Source of the DNA: a virus
Lineage: Duplodnaviria > Caudoviricetes
Length of the DNA: 64,000 nt
Direction: 5' to 3' (one strand)
Virus record (IMG/VR): IMGVR_UViG_3300023053_000001
Coordinates: 96,001 to 160,000 of that record
Part shown: positions 9,115 to 19,161 of the stretch, piece after piece
How positions within the stretch are numbered: the stretch's first letter is position 1
How the letters are laid out: each line of letters begins with the position of its first letter
Made by a program: the position numbers and the translations under genes
Notes under the pieces: model-generated
Seen by the model: the letters and a program-made list of their open reading frames with translations, nothing else
Told to the model about the DNA's origin: nothing
Database searches by the model: none

Positions 9115-12036
9115 TTATTCAGCCGGTGGAGCTTCGGACGTGGGCTGTGCCTCGTCCTCTTCTTCCGTGGCTGCAGCCTCATCGGTACCAGTGCCAGTAT
9201 CAGCACCCGTATCGGCCCCGGTATCCATACCGAGATCATCGTCGAAGTTCAAACCATCGCCACCGGTATCACCACCGGTGTCCATGCCCGTGTCCGTACC
9301 ACCGCTGGTTGCGGCGGGACCAGCATCCAGTTCAGTGGCCTGACCGGCTGCCTTGAGCGATTCGATACGTGCCGCGTACTTGCGACGACGCATCAACACG
9401 GCGGTGATGTAACCACCCATGGAGGCGCGGATGTTCTCCACGTGAGCTGCGTTGGCTTCCTGCATGTTCAGCGCCGGACCATCTTCGTCGGCCTGGGTGA
9501 GGATTTCCAGTTCCGGGAAGATACGGTTGGTGCGCATGTAGTCGCGCATGAAGAACGCCTTGGTTGCTTCGATCAGGGCATTGAGATCTTCCTCGCCGCC
9601 TGCGATTTCCATTTCGCGCAAGAAGTCCGGCGTCATGTACGCCTTCAGCGCCGTTTCCAGCGCGCTGTTGTACTTCTCGAAAGCTTCCATCTGCAGTGCC
9701 TGCGAACCCTGCTCGGGCTTGGGCAGTTCCACACGCAGGGCGTGGATGAAGTCCAGGATGATCGCATCGACCGGATCGTCATTGTCATGACGCTGGAGGA
9801 AGCTGTCGATCATGTCGTCCTGCAAGTTCTGGACGTTCTCCTTCTTCTCATCCTTGTCCTCACCCTTGCGCTGCAGATCCGACTGGCGCATCTCCAAGAT
9901 CTTCTTGACCTCATCACGCATGCGGTCGAGCAAGATGCCCGAGTTCAGCGTGAAGCGTGCCACGAAGTCCTGCAGGTGACCGGTGTAGATCTTCTGCCAC
10001 ATCAACACGCGCTTGGCCATCAACAGGTTGTTGGCCACCACCGACGTGGCAAAGTCCGGACCCTGTGCAGCATCGACCGTTTCCGGCGCCAGACCGAACG
10101 AGTTCAGGTGACGCTTCTTCAGGTCGTCCTGCAGCTTGTCATCCGGACGCACGCGGTTGTTCTGACGATCTTCCACGTTGACGGCCGTGGACGGATAACG
10201 GGGGTTGCCCGAGATCACGTATTCCACCGAGGCCTGCTGCATGTAGTTGACGATGTCACGCGGACTGGTTGCACCCAGCGGCATCAAACCGTTGGAGCGC
10301 GCATAAGCGAACTCATGCATCAGTCCTTCCACCGTCGACGCCGGATCGGGGTCCTGTTCGTCCAGCGTGATCGACACGATGGTACGACCCACCGAGTTCT
10401 TGATCGCCGCCATGGTGTCAGCAAACAGCAGCATCGCACGCAGACCGCCGATGACCTTGGACTTCTGCATCAGCGACACACCCACACCGTACTGGTTGTA
10501 GTCGAACGCGATGTAGGTCATCAGTTCGGCCGGCACGTACAGCAGCTGGGTGTGCATACCTGCCAGCGCACGGGCCAGCATGATGCGGTAGATTTCCTGC
10601 GGGTTGGCTACCTGCACGCCTTCGCGGTACAGACCGTTCTGCAGACGCTGCGCCAGACCGACCTGTACCATGTCCGAGTAGATGCGCGTCATTTCATCGA
10701 CGTCCATCTGACGGCTGTACCAGTCGCTGCCGTAAGTGCCACGCTTGACGTTGGCCGTGAGCTGGCTGACCAGTTCGCGGTTGGACTTCAAGTTGTTGGA
10801 CATCTCATGGTAGTAGTCCTGCTCCTGCGACTTGACCAGCGGATTACCCTGTCGGTCCAACAGCACGAAGTAACCCAGGTGCTTCTCCGGCGAGGAGGGC
10901 ACGTGGACAGGAATCACACACTCGCTGGGCAGATGCATGTCCAGCGGATGGCCGACGGACTCACGCTGCAACTGGGAGGGCTTGTCAATGGTCAGGATCT
11001 GGCGCAGCTGGAACTGACGATCGCGGTAGAGCGAGCCACGTTCCTTGGCCTGCGTCAGCGCATCTTGGTTCTGCTGCTTCTGATCCATCTTGGCCGCCAT
11101 GCGATCCACACCCACGAAGGCTTCCGTAGCCAGACCGTTGGGACGGATCACATCGTTGAGGCGATCGCGGCGCGACTTCTCCAGCAGTGCCGGAATGCGC
11201 AGCACCTGCGGGTTATCGGTCACCGTCAGCAGCGGATCGAAACTGACCTTGCGCTTGACATGTTCCAGCGGATCGGTCGGCTTGTCCGGGCGGAAAGTAA
11301 CGTCCATTTCCCACTGGAGGTTTTCGAAGGCGGGCAGATACTTTGGCTTCTCCCCCAACGCTTCGCTGAACCACGACTCCATGGTAGGCAGCACGTTCTT
11401 ATCGGGCGCACCGGGATTGCCGAGGATGCCCTGCGAGCGCGGCATCTTGGTTTCCACGTCGATGATGTCACCGATCGATTCGTGGCTGACCCGGCTATTG
11501 GAGTTGATGGCATGATCGATGGAAGACTCCGGCAAAACCATGATGGCGTAGCTGCCCGTTTTGAACAGGGCATCGCGCAGATGGTCCGGAGCTTTCTCGC
11601 TCATTTTATAGACATTGTCGAAGTGTTCCGTGATGACGTCCAGACACGGCTTTGCCAGCTCCGAGGGGAAGGCAGTTTTGTCCACCGTGTAAGTGATCTT
11701 GGTTTCCACCAGATCCTTCGGCGACAGGATCGAACTGACCACCACTTCCTTGGCCAGCTCGGTATCAGGCAGCAGCTGGAAGAGGCTTTCCGAGTCGACG
11801 ATGTTGGAGGCGGTTTGTTCGCTGATGCGGTCCAGGAGATTCATGTCCGGTCCCTGCACCATCGGGCGGACGCGACCCTGACGATCCACCACGCTCTGTG
11901 CAGCGCTGGTGTGGGTCGGGGCAATCAGCTTGCTGACCACCACATCGACCGTCCGGTCTGGGCGCGTGAGCCCGAAGCGCGGGAAGCCGCGCGCTCGCTT
12001 GGACAGCAGCGAGTCGTTGTAACTACTGTTGTTCAT
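9115..12036 (-). CDS. Portal protein (phiKZ gp129-like) with acidic low-complexity C-tail
   Basis: 973 aa with motifs LFQLLPDTELAKEVVVSSILSPKDL, HLPSECVIPVHVPSSPEKHLGYFVLLD and YRIMLARAL...YIAFDYNQYGVGVSL. Divergent from the gp128-like gene. Confidence 0.8.
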   Translation of the reverse strand: MNNSSYNDSLLSKRARGFPRFGLTRPDRTVDVVVSKLIAPTHTSAAQSVVDRQGRVRPMVQGPDMNLLDRISEQTASNIVDSESLFQLLPDTELAKEVVVSSILSPKDLVETKITYTVDKTAFPSELAKPCLDVITEHFDNVYKMSEKAPDHLRDALFKTGSYAIMVLPESSIDHAINSNSRVSHESIGDIIDVETKMPRSQGILGNPGAPDKNVLPTMESWFSEALGEKPKYLPAFENLQWEMDVTFRPDKPTDPLEHVKRKVSFDPLLTVTDNPQVLRIPALLEKSRRDRLNDVIRPNGLATEAFVGVDRMAAKMDQKQQNQDALTQAKERGSLYRDRQFQLRQILTIDKPSQLQRESVGHPLDMHLPSECVIPVHVPSSPEKHLGYFVLLDRQGNPLVKSQEQDYYHEMSNNLKSNRELVSQLTANVKRGTYGSDWYSRQMDVDEMTRIYSDMVQVGLAQRLQNGLYREGVQVANPQEIYRIMLARALAGMHTQLLYVPAELMTYIAFDYNQYGVGVSLMQKSKVIGGLRAMLLFADTMAAIKNSVGRTIVSITLDEQDPDPASTVEGLMHEFAYARSNGLMPLGATSPRDIVNYMQQASVEYVISGNPRYPSTAVNVEDRQNNRVRPDDKLQDDLKKRHLNSFGLAPETVDAAQGPDFATSVVANNLLMAKRVLMWQKIYTGHLQDFVARFTLNSGILLDRMRDEVKKILEMRQSDLQRKGEDKDEKKENVQNLQDDMIDSFLQRHDNDDPVDAIILDFIHALRVELPKPEQGSQALQMEAFEKYNSALETALKAYMTPDFLREMEIAGGEEDLNALIEATKAFFMRDYMRTNRIFPELEILTQADEDGPALNMQEANAAHVENIRASMGGYITAVLMRRRKYAARIESLKAAGQATELDAGPAATSGGTDTGMDTGGDTGGDGLNFDDDLGMDTGADTGADTGTGTDEAAATEEEDEAQPTSEAPPAE
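9130..9320 (-). repeat. (G/A/M)DTG peptide repeats and acidic tract at the portal C-terminus
   Basis: GGTDTGMDTGGDTGGDG...GMDTGADTGADTGTGTDEAAATEEEDE. Confidence 0.8.
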
Positions 12037-12086
12037 GGAAACTCCTTCAAACCTTTTTCATTAACGTTGTCATGGGAGGCCGCCTC

Positions 12087-14435
12087 GTGTCTCAGGCGCA
12101 ATACAACATTTACCGCAAGAACGTGATGGCGCTGGTGCGGTCGCTGGTCTTTAAGTACAGCGCCACAGCCGATGCGATCAATGCGGCGCAGGAGAGCCTC
12201 GGCCGTAGGGTCAACATGGCGGACCCCGCCAGTTGGAAATACTACATGAATCTGAACGGTCAGTACCACGGTACTGATCGGAAGATGACGGTCATCTCTC
12301 TGGACACGCTGCAAACCATCGAGTTCACCAAGGAGACGCTTGCCGAGCACCTGACCACGTTGAGTGAGTACCGGTCTTCGGATAACAAGCGTTACTACAA
12401 CGCGCTGGTCGATCGTTACCCGGATCAGGAAATCCTGATCCAAGGCATCCTCAATCCGGTGGACATTGCCAAGGCAATTGCTGCTAAGGACGGAGAGATT
12501 CTCTACTATGACCCGACCCTGGTCGAGGAGAACGAAACCAACCTGATTCCCAAGCTCAGCCAGTGGCTGCGCCTGCAGATCCAGCGTTGGAACGTGCCTG
12601 CGTACACGGTTGTCGATGACCTTTATGCCGGCGTCATGCTGGCAAATGTGGTCTCACTTTTGCCGATCACAGTGGAAAACCTGCGATTGGCAAACTGTCA
12701 TACTCTCTATGCGCACAGCTACCACATCCGTGAATTCTTGGCCAGTAACGGTCGTCTGGACTACTATGTCGACTACCTGACCAAGAAGCAGATGCTCTGG
12801 CTGTACCGCAATGCGCGCTACCTGCGACGCAACGCAGGCATGCGGGAAACCTTTGAAGTTTTGATGCAAAACATCCTGACCGATCGAGGGTTGCCGTTGG
12901 CCGAATGGCGTATGCGCCATAACGTAAAAGATCTCGCTGAAAATGTACGCGCCTTGCCGGAGTTCTCGCGCAAGCCGCTGAATCTGGAGTACAGTAGCGC
13001 CGGTAGCGATACCCGCTCGATCCAGACCATGCTCGACCGCGAAGTGGATGAGGCCCCGGACAATCTGTTCGTCCAGGACCAAGCGGAAGTGGACATGGAA
13101 AGCGAGATGGCTAACTCGATCACGAACCGACTGCGCACCAAGGTGCTCGAATCGTCGATTCTGGATCTGACTGACGCCTCACCCTTTACGCTGGCTGACA
13201 ACCTGCTCAACCATTGGCTGTACCTGTCCAACCAAGGCCGGTACAACTCGGTGGTCACCGTGGACAACCCCAAGACGGGTGGTCAGATCTCGTTGACCAT
13301 GGAGGAAGCCTTCTTGGTGTTCCTGTACGCTTACAACCTCTCGGTAGGGATTGAGCTGAAGGAACTGCCCTTGCTGCAGGCCATGAATGTGCGACGCTTG
13401 CCGTTGCCCACCGTGGCTCAGGTGCACAGCATCGTCGACCCCAATCTGGTACCGCGTTCGATCATCGAGCAAATGATGAACGGCATGGTGCCGCTGACCA
13501 CGTACATCTCCATCCCGGCCTTCTACGAGACCGTGGTGAAGATCCACAGTGAGAAGCTGAATCAGCGTCTGATCTACTCCAACGTCGAACACTACCTGGC
13601 CCGCGGTCAGGCAGAAGCGGCGATGCGTTACCTCTACGGTGACTATCCGATCCAGATCGGTAAGAGTAGTGGGTTCACTACTTACACGCAGTGGTTCACC
13701 GATAAGGGTCTGGATGTCCCCACCTACACCATGCTCGAAGCGGACCTGCTGGCCAATCAGCTGTATGCGCGTTGCACTGGCCAGAACCTGAAGGTTGCTC
13801 GCAGCCTGAAGGAACTCCAGGCGGCCATGCTGCGTTTGATGAAGCAGCTGTCTTCGTACTCGATCCAGTTCCTGCAGTCGATCAACTCCAACCCCATCTC
13901 GGTGGTGGAATGGCCCTTGATCCGACCCGGCGATCACACCGGTTATGTGCGCCACGCCGATTACATCCAGACCATCGACATTGACCTGCAGTCCACGCGC
14001 ACGCGTCGCCGCAGTTTGTTGCCGATTGACTTGGCTGAAATCTCGGCCGGGTTGGAATCCAATCTCTTCTGGCGCAGTGATGCGTGCTTGGACATTGGAC
14101 TGGACGTGGAGAAGGCGGGCAATAGCAGCCACACCATCCGCATGGTGCAAGGCTCCACTGACGTGCTGTCTGTACGCAATAACTTCCCTGAGTTGGGCCC
14201 GGATACGCCCATTCTGTCCAGCTACGATTACGTGGCTCCCGGCAGCAATGCGCTGTCCACGGCGTTTGAATTCTTGGACTCCCCGCACTACCGGTTGGAC
14301 GACGCCGATCGTACCGCGGTGGCTGCACGCTACGCTGCCTACGCAGATAGCAAGGGTCCGTTCAAGCGCATGCTGATCGATGTTGCACCGATCATGCGAC
14401 TGCCCGGTCTTACCATCAACCTTCTGCAAGGATAA
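12087..14435 (+). CDS. Virion structural protein (phiKZ gp128-like, probable baseplate)
   Basis: GTG start after GGGAGG (ORF track start 12072). Motifs WKYYMNLNGQYH, SYHIREFLASNGRLD, LTKKQMLWLYRN and LKQLSSYSIQF. Confidence 0.75.
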   Translation: MSQAQYNIYRKNVMALVRSLVFKYSATADAINAAQESLGRRVNMADPASWKYYMNLNGQYHGTDRKMTVISLDTLQTIEFTKETLAEHLTTLSEYRSSDNKRYYNALVDRYPDQEILIQGILNPVDIAKAIAAKDGEILYYDPTLVEENETNLIPKLSQWLRLQIQRWNVPAYTVVDDLYAGVMLANVVSLLPITVENLRLANCHTLYAHSYHIREFLASNGRLDYYVDYLTKKQMLWLYRNARYLRRNAGMRETFEVLMQNILTDRGLPLAEWRMRHNVKDLAENVRALPEFSRKPLNLEYSSAGSDTRSIQTMLDREVDEAPDNLFVQDQAEVDMESEMANSITNRLRTKVLESSILDLTDASPFTLADNLLNHWLYLSNQGRYNSVVTVDNPKTGGQISLTMEEAFLVFLYAYNLSVGIELKELPLLQAMNVRRLPLPTVAQVHSIVDPNLVPRSIIEQMMNGMVPLTTYISIPAFYETVVKIHSEKLNQRLIYSNVEHYLARGQAEAAMRYLYGDYPIQIGKSSGFTTYTQWFTDKGLDVPTYTMLEADLLANQLYARCTGQNLKVARSLKELQAAMLRLMKQLSSYSIQFLQSINSNPISVVEWPLIRPGDHTGYVRHADYIQTIDIDLQSTRTRRRSLLPIDLAEISAGLESNLFWRSDACLDIGLDVEKAGNSSHTIRMVQGSTDVLSVRNNFPELGPDTPILSSYDYVAPGSNALSTAFEFLDSPHYRLDDADRTAVAARYAAYADSKGPFKRMLIDVAPIMRLPGLTINLLQG

Positions 14436-14441
14436 GTCCCC

Positions 14442-14918
14442 ATGAGTCAGTCCCTGCGATTGCTGGGCTTGCCGATCAAGACGGCCCACCAAAGCATGGT
14501 CGCTGAAGCGTTGACGGATAGTGACAATGTGAATCTGCTCCAGATCGGCGACCCGTTTACCCGTGGAGACGGGCGGGTCGGCCTTCTGGTGTCTGTTGCC
14601 GATGAAGCTTACGACGACCCGGACATGAAGTGGTATGGGACCGTCGACTTCTCCGTGCGCAAAATGCCACTGGAGGAGTTTTTTGCCGGCATCACGCTGA
14701 AGATCAAACTGCCGGCCACCCCGGCCGGCGGTCTCAACACCAACACCGATGACGTGGTGGATAAGTTGAGTGAGATCTTCGGTATTCGCTTTGACCCCGT
14801 CGACTATTTCAGCGATGCCATCGTTTCTGCCGGCTCTGCCGATTACATGCTCCGTACCACGGTCGTCAGTCCGCGCTGGTCGGGGCAGGTCATGGTTCAG
14901 ATTTATCCTGACGTGTAA
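14442..14918 (+). CDS. Small virion/baseplate protein sharing a domain with the N-termini of the two downstream giant tail proteins
   Basis: 158 aa. The segment GTVDFSVRKMPLEEFF...LSEIFGIRFDPVDY...SPRWSGQV resembles the repeated N-terminal module of the 14930 and 19162 genes. Confidence 0.65.
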   Translation: MSQSLRLLGLPIKTAHQSMVAEALTDSDNVNLLQIGDPFTRGDGRVGLLVSVADEAYDDPDMKWYGTVDFSVRKMPLEEFFAGITLKIKLPATPAGGLNTNTDDVVDKLSEIFGIRFDPVDYFSDAIVSAGSADYMLRTTVVSPRWSGQVMVQIYPDV

Positions 14919-14929
14919 GGACCAAGACC

Positions 14930-17900
14930 ATGGCCGATAAAGAAACCAAATACCTGAAAACCCTCAAGCCGAAAGACGCGCTGAGCGTCATGTTGACCGA
15001 GGCCAACCACCTGCGTTACCCGCTGTACGATCTGGTGCCCAGTCTGCCGCGTAAAGTGGCCGGCACCCGCACACAGGTCGACCTCAAGGCGCGTGACCAG
15101 GTGGCCAAGGATGACTTCTATCCTTACACCGGTGAGGTCAAGGACTTCACGTTCAACCGCGTGGACCTCAAGCAGGAATACGGCGGTAAGATGGAAGGCT
15201 TCCGGCTGACCCTGCCCAGCTCTACCAAGGAACTGACCGATGAACTGACCCGGCGCTTCGGCACCGAGTTTGAAATCGATGACGTGGTCTTTGAGACCAT
15301 CCATTCGCGCAACTCGGTCCCGTACACGCTCAAGGCCAAGGTGGAATCCCTGCGCTTTGTGGGTCAGGTCGACTTTGTCCTGTCTGACGTGCGCGATCTT
15401 TCCGAGATTGCTCGCGACAGTCTGGGCAATCCGGCCTACACCAAGTTCATGGCCGAACTGCCGCTGGCCTCGCCGTATGCGAATGCCACCGGCTGGATGG
15501 ATCGACTCAACAGTCTGTGGCCGGGCAGTGATGCACAAACCCAGGCGGAGTTCTTGAACCTGTTCAAGGGCACGATCGCTCCGTTGAATGTCCACGCCAA
15601 ACTGGTCAGTCCCTCCCCGTGGGTGATCTCACCCGCGCCGGCACCGTTCAACCTGTACAACGCACAGCTGGTGACCCAAGACGCAGGTGTGGTGAACTAC
15701 CCTGCATTGGCCAACTCGAAGCTGAACCACGTCGCTGAGTTTGCTCTGTCCAAGGAGTATTGTACCAACATCTCCGAGGCCCGGGCCCTGCTGTGGTATG
15801 CCGATGAGGAAAGCAAGGACACCCAGATCCGCATGACCCCACGACTGCGTCAAAGCGGGACGCTCAATACCACCGATGCGACTGCTTACGCCGAATGGCT
15901 GGGTACGCTCAAGGTATCGGATGTGATCACCGCCTCGCCTCACGCGTCGATGACGATGGAGCCGGGCGTGAACTGGACCGTGGGTACGACTAAGTCCCCA
16001 ACGAACCTCTACGGGGCTGTGGTGCAGTATAACGGCCTGCGTCGTGGGCAGGACAGCACCAGCATCTATAACGACCTCACGCATGTACTGGTGGTGTCGA
16101 TGGATGAACGCTACAATAGCCTGTGGCGCGGCAACCTGTCCTTCTTCTACAGTGAAGCGGCGGTCCAGCCCAAGGGCTTTACCGTGGAAGTCTTCCGTGG
16201 CAGTAAGGTGGGTGAAACCATCACGCTGATCCCGCAGGAGACGCCGGAATGGATGAAGCACGGCAACCCGGTAGTGGGTGACACCACCCGTCCGGGCGGT
16301 AAGGTGACGCTGGATGGTTCCAGCTACCTGCAAGCTGCTGTGCATGAGGCCTTCAACTTTGGCACTGACGACTTCACCTTCGAGTTCACGGTGGAGTTTG
16401 CCAATCTGCCAGCCACCATTGCGGTGGGTCTGGTGGGTACGGCCAATGTGCAGCTGGGTGATGAGAACACGGGCCTGGTCTACATGTACGGTGCTGAACC
16501 GAGTCTGCCGCCAGGCTATGCAGGCACGTTCCTGTTTGGCACTACCGATGTGGGCCTGAATGCACTGACCTCTGAGCGGGTTCTGACCGCCGGTCGGACC
16601 AAGGTGTCCATCACCCGTCGCAATGGGTCGATGTTCCACCTGTTCTACAACGAACAGCAGTCTGGTCAGGGTAACGGCTTCGTCGACCCGGGCGCGGTTG
16701 TGAATCTGGCCAAGGCCGATGGCGTGACCATCGGTGCGATTACCTCCAGTTCGGATATTGCCAAGTTCACCGGTGAGATTTCGGACATGCGTATCATCAA
16801 GGGTCTGGCGCTGTACGAGCCGGCTCCGCGGATCTACTTCGCTGACGCCAATGGTTCGGAGACCGACGATGGTCGCACGTTGTATGAAAACGGTACGTTG
16901 GATCTGACGGTCATCATCGATCCGCCGTTGTCGCAAGCCCGCACTGTCCAGCTCAGCTTCACTGGCGATGCGCGGGTGGGCCGTGAGTACAACTTGGCAC
17001 AGGGTGGCACAAGCATCACGATACCGGCAGGTGCGGGGGAGTTTACCTTCACATTGCGCGGCATCGAGACCTCAGCCTTCAATGGCGCACGTTCGTTCAA
17101 TGTTGGCCTGACCTCCGGTGAAGGCTACATGGCCGCCGAACCGAAGACCGCGTACTGCACCTTGCGTGACGCAGTGTACATCGCACCGGTATGGCCGCGA
17201 CAAACGGCGGGCCGTGTGCGTTCGGGCCGTGATGTTGACATTGTGGTCGATCCGGGACTGTTCTACGTTCCGCAGTGGCAGCGTATGCTCGGCCAGCACG
17301 TGGATGGTCTGTACATGTATCGACATGCGCACGATGTAACGCGCATTGCAAACGGCGGGTTCATCCGCGGCCATGCGCCGTGGGCGGCCTATTCGCCTAA
17401 GCACGATGCGGTGCTGATCATGTACGCTGGTGGTGCTCGCATGATCTACGGACCGAAGACCAATTACCGCGTGGTGGAATCCACCTCCGGCTTGGCCTCG
17501 CGTGTATCGCCCACGTCGCCGATGTGGATTGCCGAGTGGGATGTGTTTGTGGCCTTTGACCTGTACACCAGTACGGTCATCAAATCGGCTGACGGTCTGA
17601 CGTGGTCGGCGATGCCGGCTATGGCAGGAGTGACCAACACCCAGAGTAACTGGATGTATGGCATGGTGTGGGACAAGGTCAATCAGCGCCTGTTGGTGTT
17701 GGGTAACTTGGGTCTGACATCCAACACCGGCAGTCAGGTGGGTGGTCGCATTCTCGCCTACACCGCGGTGGATCAAAGCGCTGCACCGACTGTCGTTGCT
17801 ACGGTTCCGTACTACCTGCTGGAGAACTGCTTCTTCTACTCCGAGGTATGGGGCAAGTACGTAATGACGGTCTGGGCCAACCTGCCGAACCTGGGCTTGA

Positions 17901-19072
17901 CACCGGGCTTCTACCTGTCCGATGACTTGTCCAACTGGACCCGCATGGAAATGCCTCCGGGCAATACCTCGCTGATGACTCACTTCAATGACGTACCGCA
18001 ACGCCAGATGGTGTACGCACGTCAGAACGATGGGAAGCTGTGGGCGTGGAAGGAAGGGGAATGGCGTGAAGCCACCTCGGCCAACAATTCCACCGATCCT
18101 GGCGCTCATCTGGCTTATCACCAAGTGGAGGATCAGCTCTGGTCCAACCTGTCCAACGGTGATGAGCAAGCAGTGGACATCTACGTGGACAAGGCGACAG
18201 CTTTGATTGGCTGGGACGGTACGTGGGAAACGCTGCGTAACAGTGGTCCGGGTGTGGGTGAAACGCGTTACGTATCCCATCTGGATAAGCTGTTGGTGGC
18301 CAACACCTCTGCTGAAGTAACTGCCGACGGTTTGACGTGGGCCAGTGCTGGCATCAGTGGTGCGGTTATCAGCGCAGGGTTCATCCCAGACTTTGCTACG
18401 TTGATCGTGCAGAGCACGGGTACGTTGGTGGATACCGGTTCTGGTTATGGGGCGCAGATCCAACAGACCAATCGACCGACGGGTAACGTGTTCCATGGCG
18501 ATGACATCGTCCTGGGCTTTACTGCCGGTGCCGCCCGTTGGCAGTATAAGGCTGACTTGACCAATCCAAACGCAGCGTGGAGCAACATGACCCGCGCTGA
18601 ATTTGGCGAGCAGTCTCGCGCAGCCTTTGCCGATCGTGAAGGTATCTGGACCACGATTGCATTCCCGTCGCGCCAACTCTGGTATGCCAACGCTAACCCG
18701 AGTCTGGCCAGTGCCAGTTGGACTCGCATCGGTACGACCACCAACAAGTGGAATGACCTGTGCTACGCCAACGGCATGAACATGATGTTCTTTGCAGCCA
18801 GCGATGGTATCTACAGCACTCCCGCCCGTTATGAGCCTGTCAAGCAGATCTCGACGACGGTGGCGGTGCAAGGTGTCATCTACGTCCCTGAGGCCAATAG
18901 CGTTGTGGCATGGACGACCGATTCGGTCTACGTGTACAACGGTCAGGAATGGAAAACCTACGCAGCACCGTTCACTGGTACTTACGTGATTGCATGGATG
19001 CCAAACGTCAAACGTTTGGTGGCTTTCAGTAAGAACCGCTCGCGTCGAACGGCCGCGTTCTTGGACGTGTAA
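14930..19072 (+). CDS. Large multidomain tail/baseplate receptor-binding protein (phiKZ gp130/131-type N-terminus, LamG-like, Calx-beta-like, beta-propeller repeats)
   Basis: 1380 aa. LamG-like segment LDGSSYLQAAVHEAFNFGTDDFTFEF...FTGEISDMRIIKG; Calx-beta-like segment ~16825-17140; Asp-box-like repeats SADGLTW, SDDLSNW, TADGLTW. Confidence 0.75.
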   Translation: MADKETKYLKTLKPKDALSVMLTEANHLRYPLYDLVPSLPRKVAGTRTQVDLKARDQVAKDDFYPYTGEVKDFTFNRVDLKQEYGGKMEGFRLTLPSSTKELTDELTRRFGTEFEIDDVVFETIHSRNSVPYTLKAKVESLRFVGQVDFVLSDVRDLSEIARDSLGNPAYTKFMAELPLASPYANATGWMDRLNSLWPGSDAQTQAEFLNLFKGTIAPLNVHAKLVSPSPWVISPAPAPFNLYNAQLVTQDAGVVNYPALANSKLNHVAEFALSKEYCTNISEARALLWYADEESKDTQIRMTPRLRQSGTLNTTDATAYAEWLGTLKVSDVITASPHASMTMEPGVNWTVGTTKSPTNLYGAVVQYNGLRRGQDSTSIYNDLTHVLVVSMDERYNSLWRGNLSFFYSEAAVQPKGFTVEVFRGSKVGETITLIPQETPEWMKHGNPVVGDTTRPGGKVTLDGSSYLQAAVHEAFNFGTDDFTFEFTVEFANLPATIAVGLVGTANVQLGDENTGLVYMYGAEPSLPPGYAGTFLFGTTDVGLNALTSERVLTAGRTKVSITRRNGSMFHLFYNEQQSGQGNGFVDPGAVVNLAKADGVTIGAITSSSDIAKFTGEISDMRIIKGLALYEPAPRIYFADANGSETDDGRTLYENGTLDLTVIIDPPLSQARTVQLSFTGDARVGREYNLAQGGTSITIPAGAGEFTFTLRGIETSAFNGARSFNVGLTSGEGYMAAEPKTAYCTLRDAVYIAPVWPRQTAGRVRSGRDVDIVVDPGLFYVPQWQRMLGQHVDGLYMYRHAHDVTRIANGGFIRGHAPWAAYSPKHDAVLIMYAGGARMIYGPKTNYRVVESTSGLASRVSPTSPMWIAEWDVFVAFDLYTSTVIKSADGLTWSAMPAMAGVTNTQSNWMYGMVWDKVNQRLLVLGNLGLTSNTGSQVGGRILAYTAVDQSAAPTVVATVPYYLLENCFFYSEVWGKYVMTVWANLPNLGLTPGFYLSDDLSNWTRMEMPPGNTSLMTHFNDVPQRQMVYARQNDGKLWAWKEGEWREATSANNSTDPGAHLAYHQVEDQLWSNLSNGDEQAVDIYVDKATALIGWDGTWETLRNSGPGVGETRYVSHLDKLLVANTSAEVTADGLTWASAGISGAVISAGFIPDFATLIVQSTGTLVDTGSGYGAQIQQTNRPTGNVFHGDDIVLGFTAGAARWQYKADLTNPNAAWSNMTRAEFGEQSRAAFADREGIWTTIAFPSRQLWYANANPSLASASWTRIGTTTNKWNDLCYANGMNMMFFAASDGIYSTPARYEPVKQISTTVAVQGVIYVPEANSVVAWTTDSVYVYNGQEWKTYAAPFTGTYVIAWMPNVKRLVAFSKNRSRRTAAFLDV

Positions 19073-19075
19073 TAA

Positions 19076-19113
19076 GCATGCCCCTCCTCCCTTCGGGGAG
19101 GAGGGGTTTATGC
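19076..19113. terminator. GCAT...TATGC hairpin terminator
   Basis: CCCCTCCTCCC-TTCG-GGGAGGAGGGG followed by TTTATGC. Confidence 0.85.
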
Positions 19114-19161
19114 CGATCTTTATCTTGTGATTCTTTGAGTGCACTAGCCAGGAGCTATGCG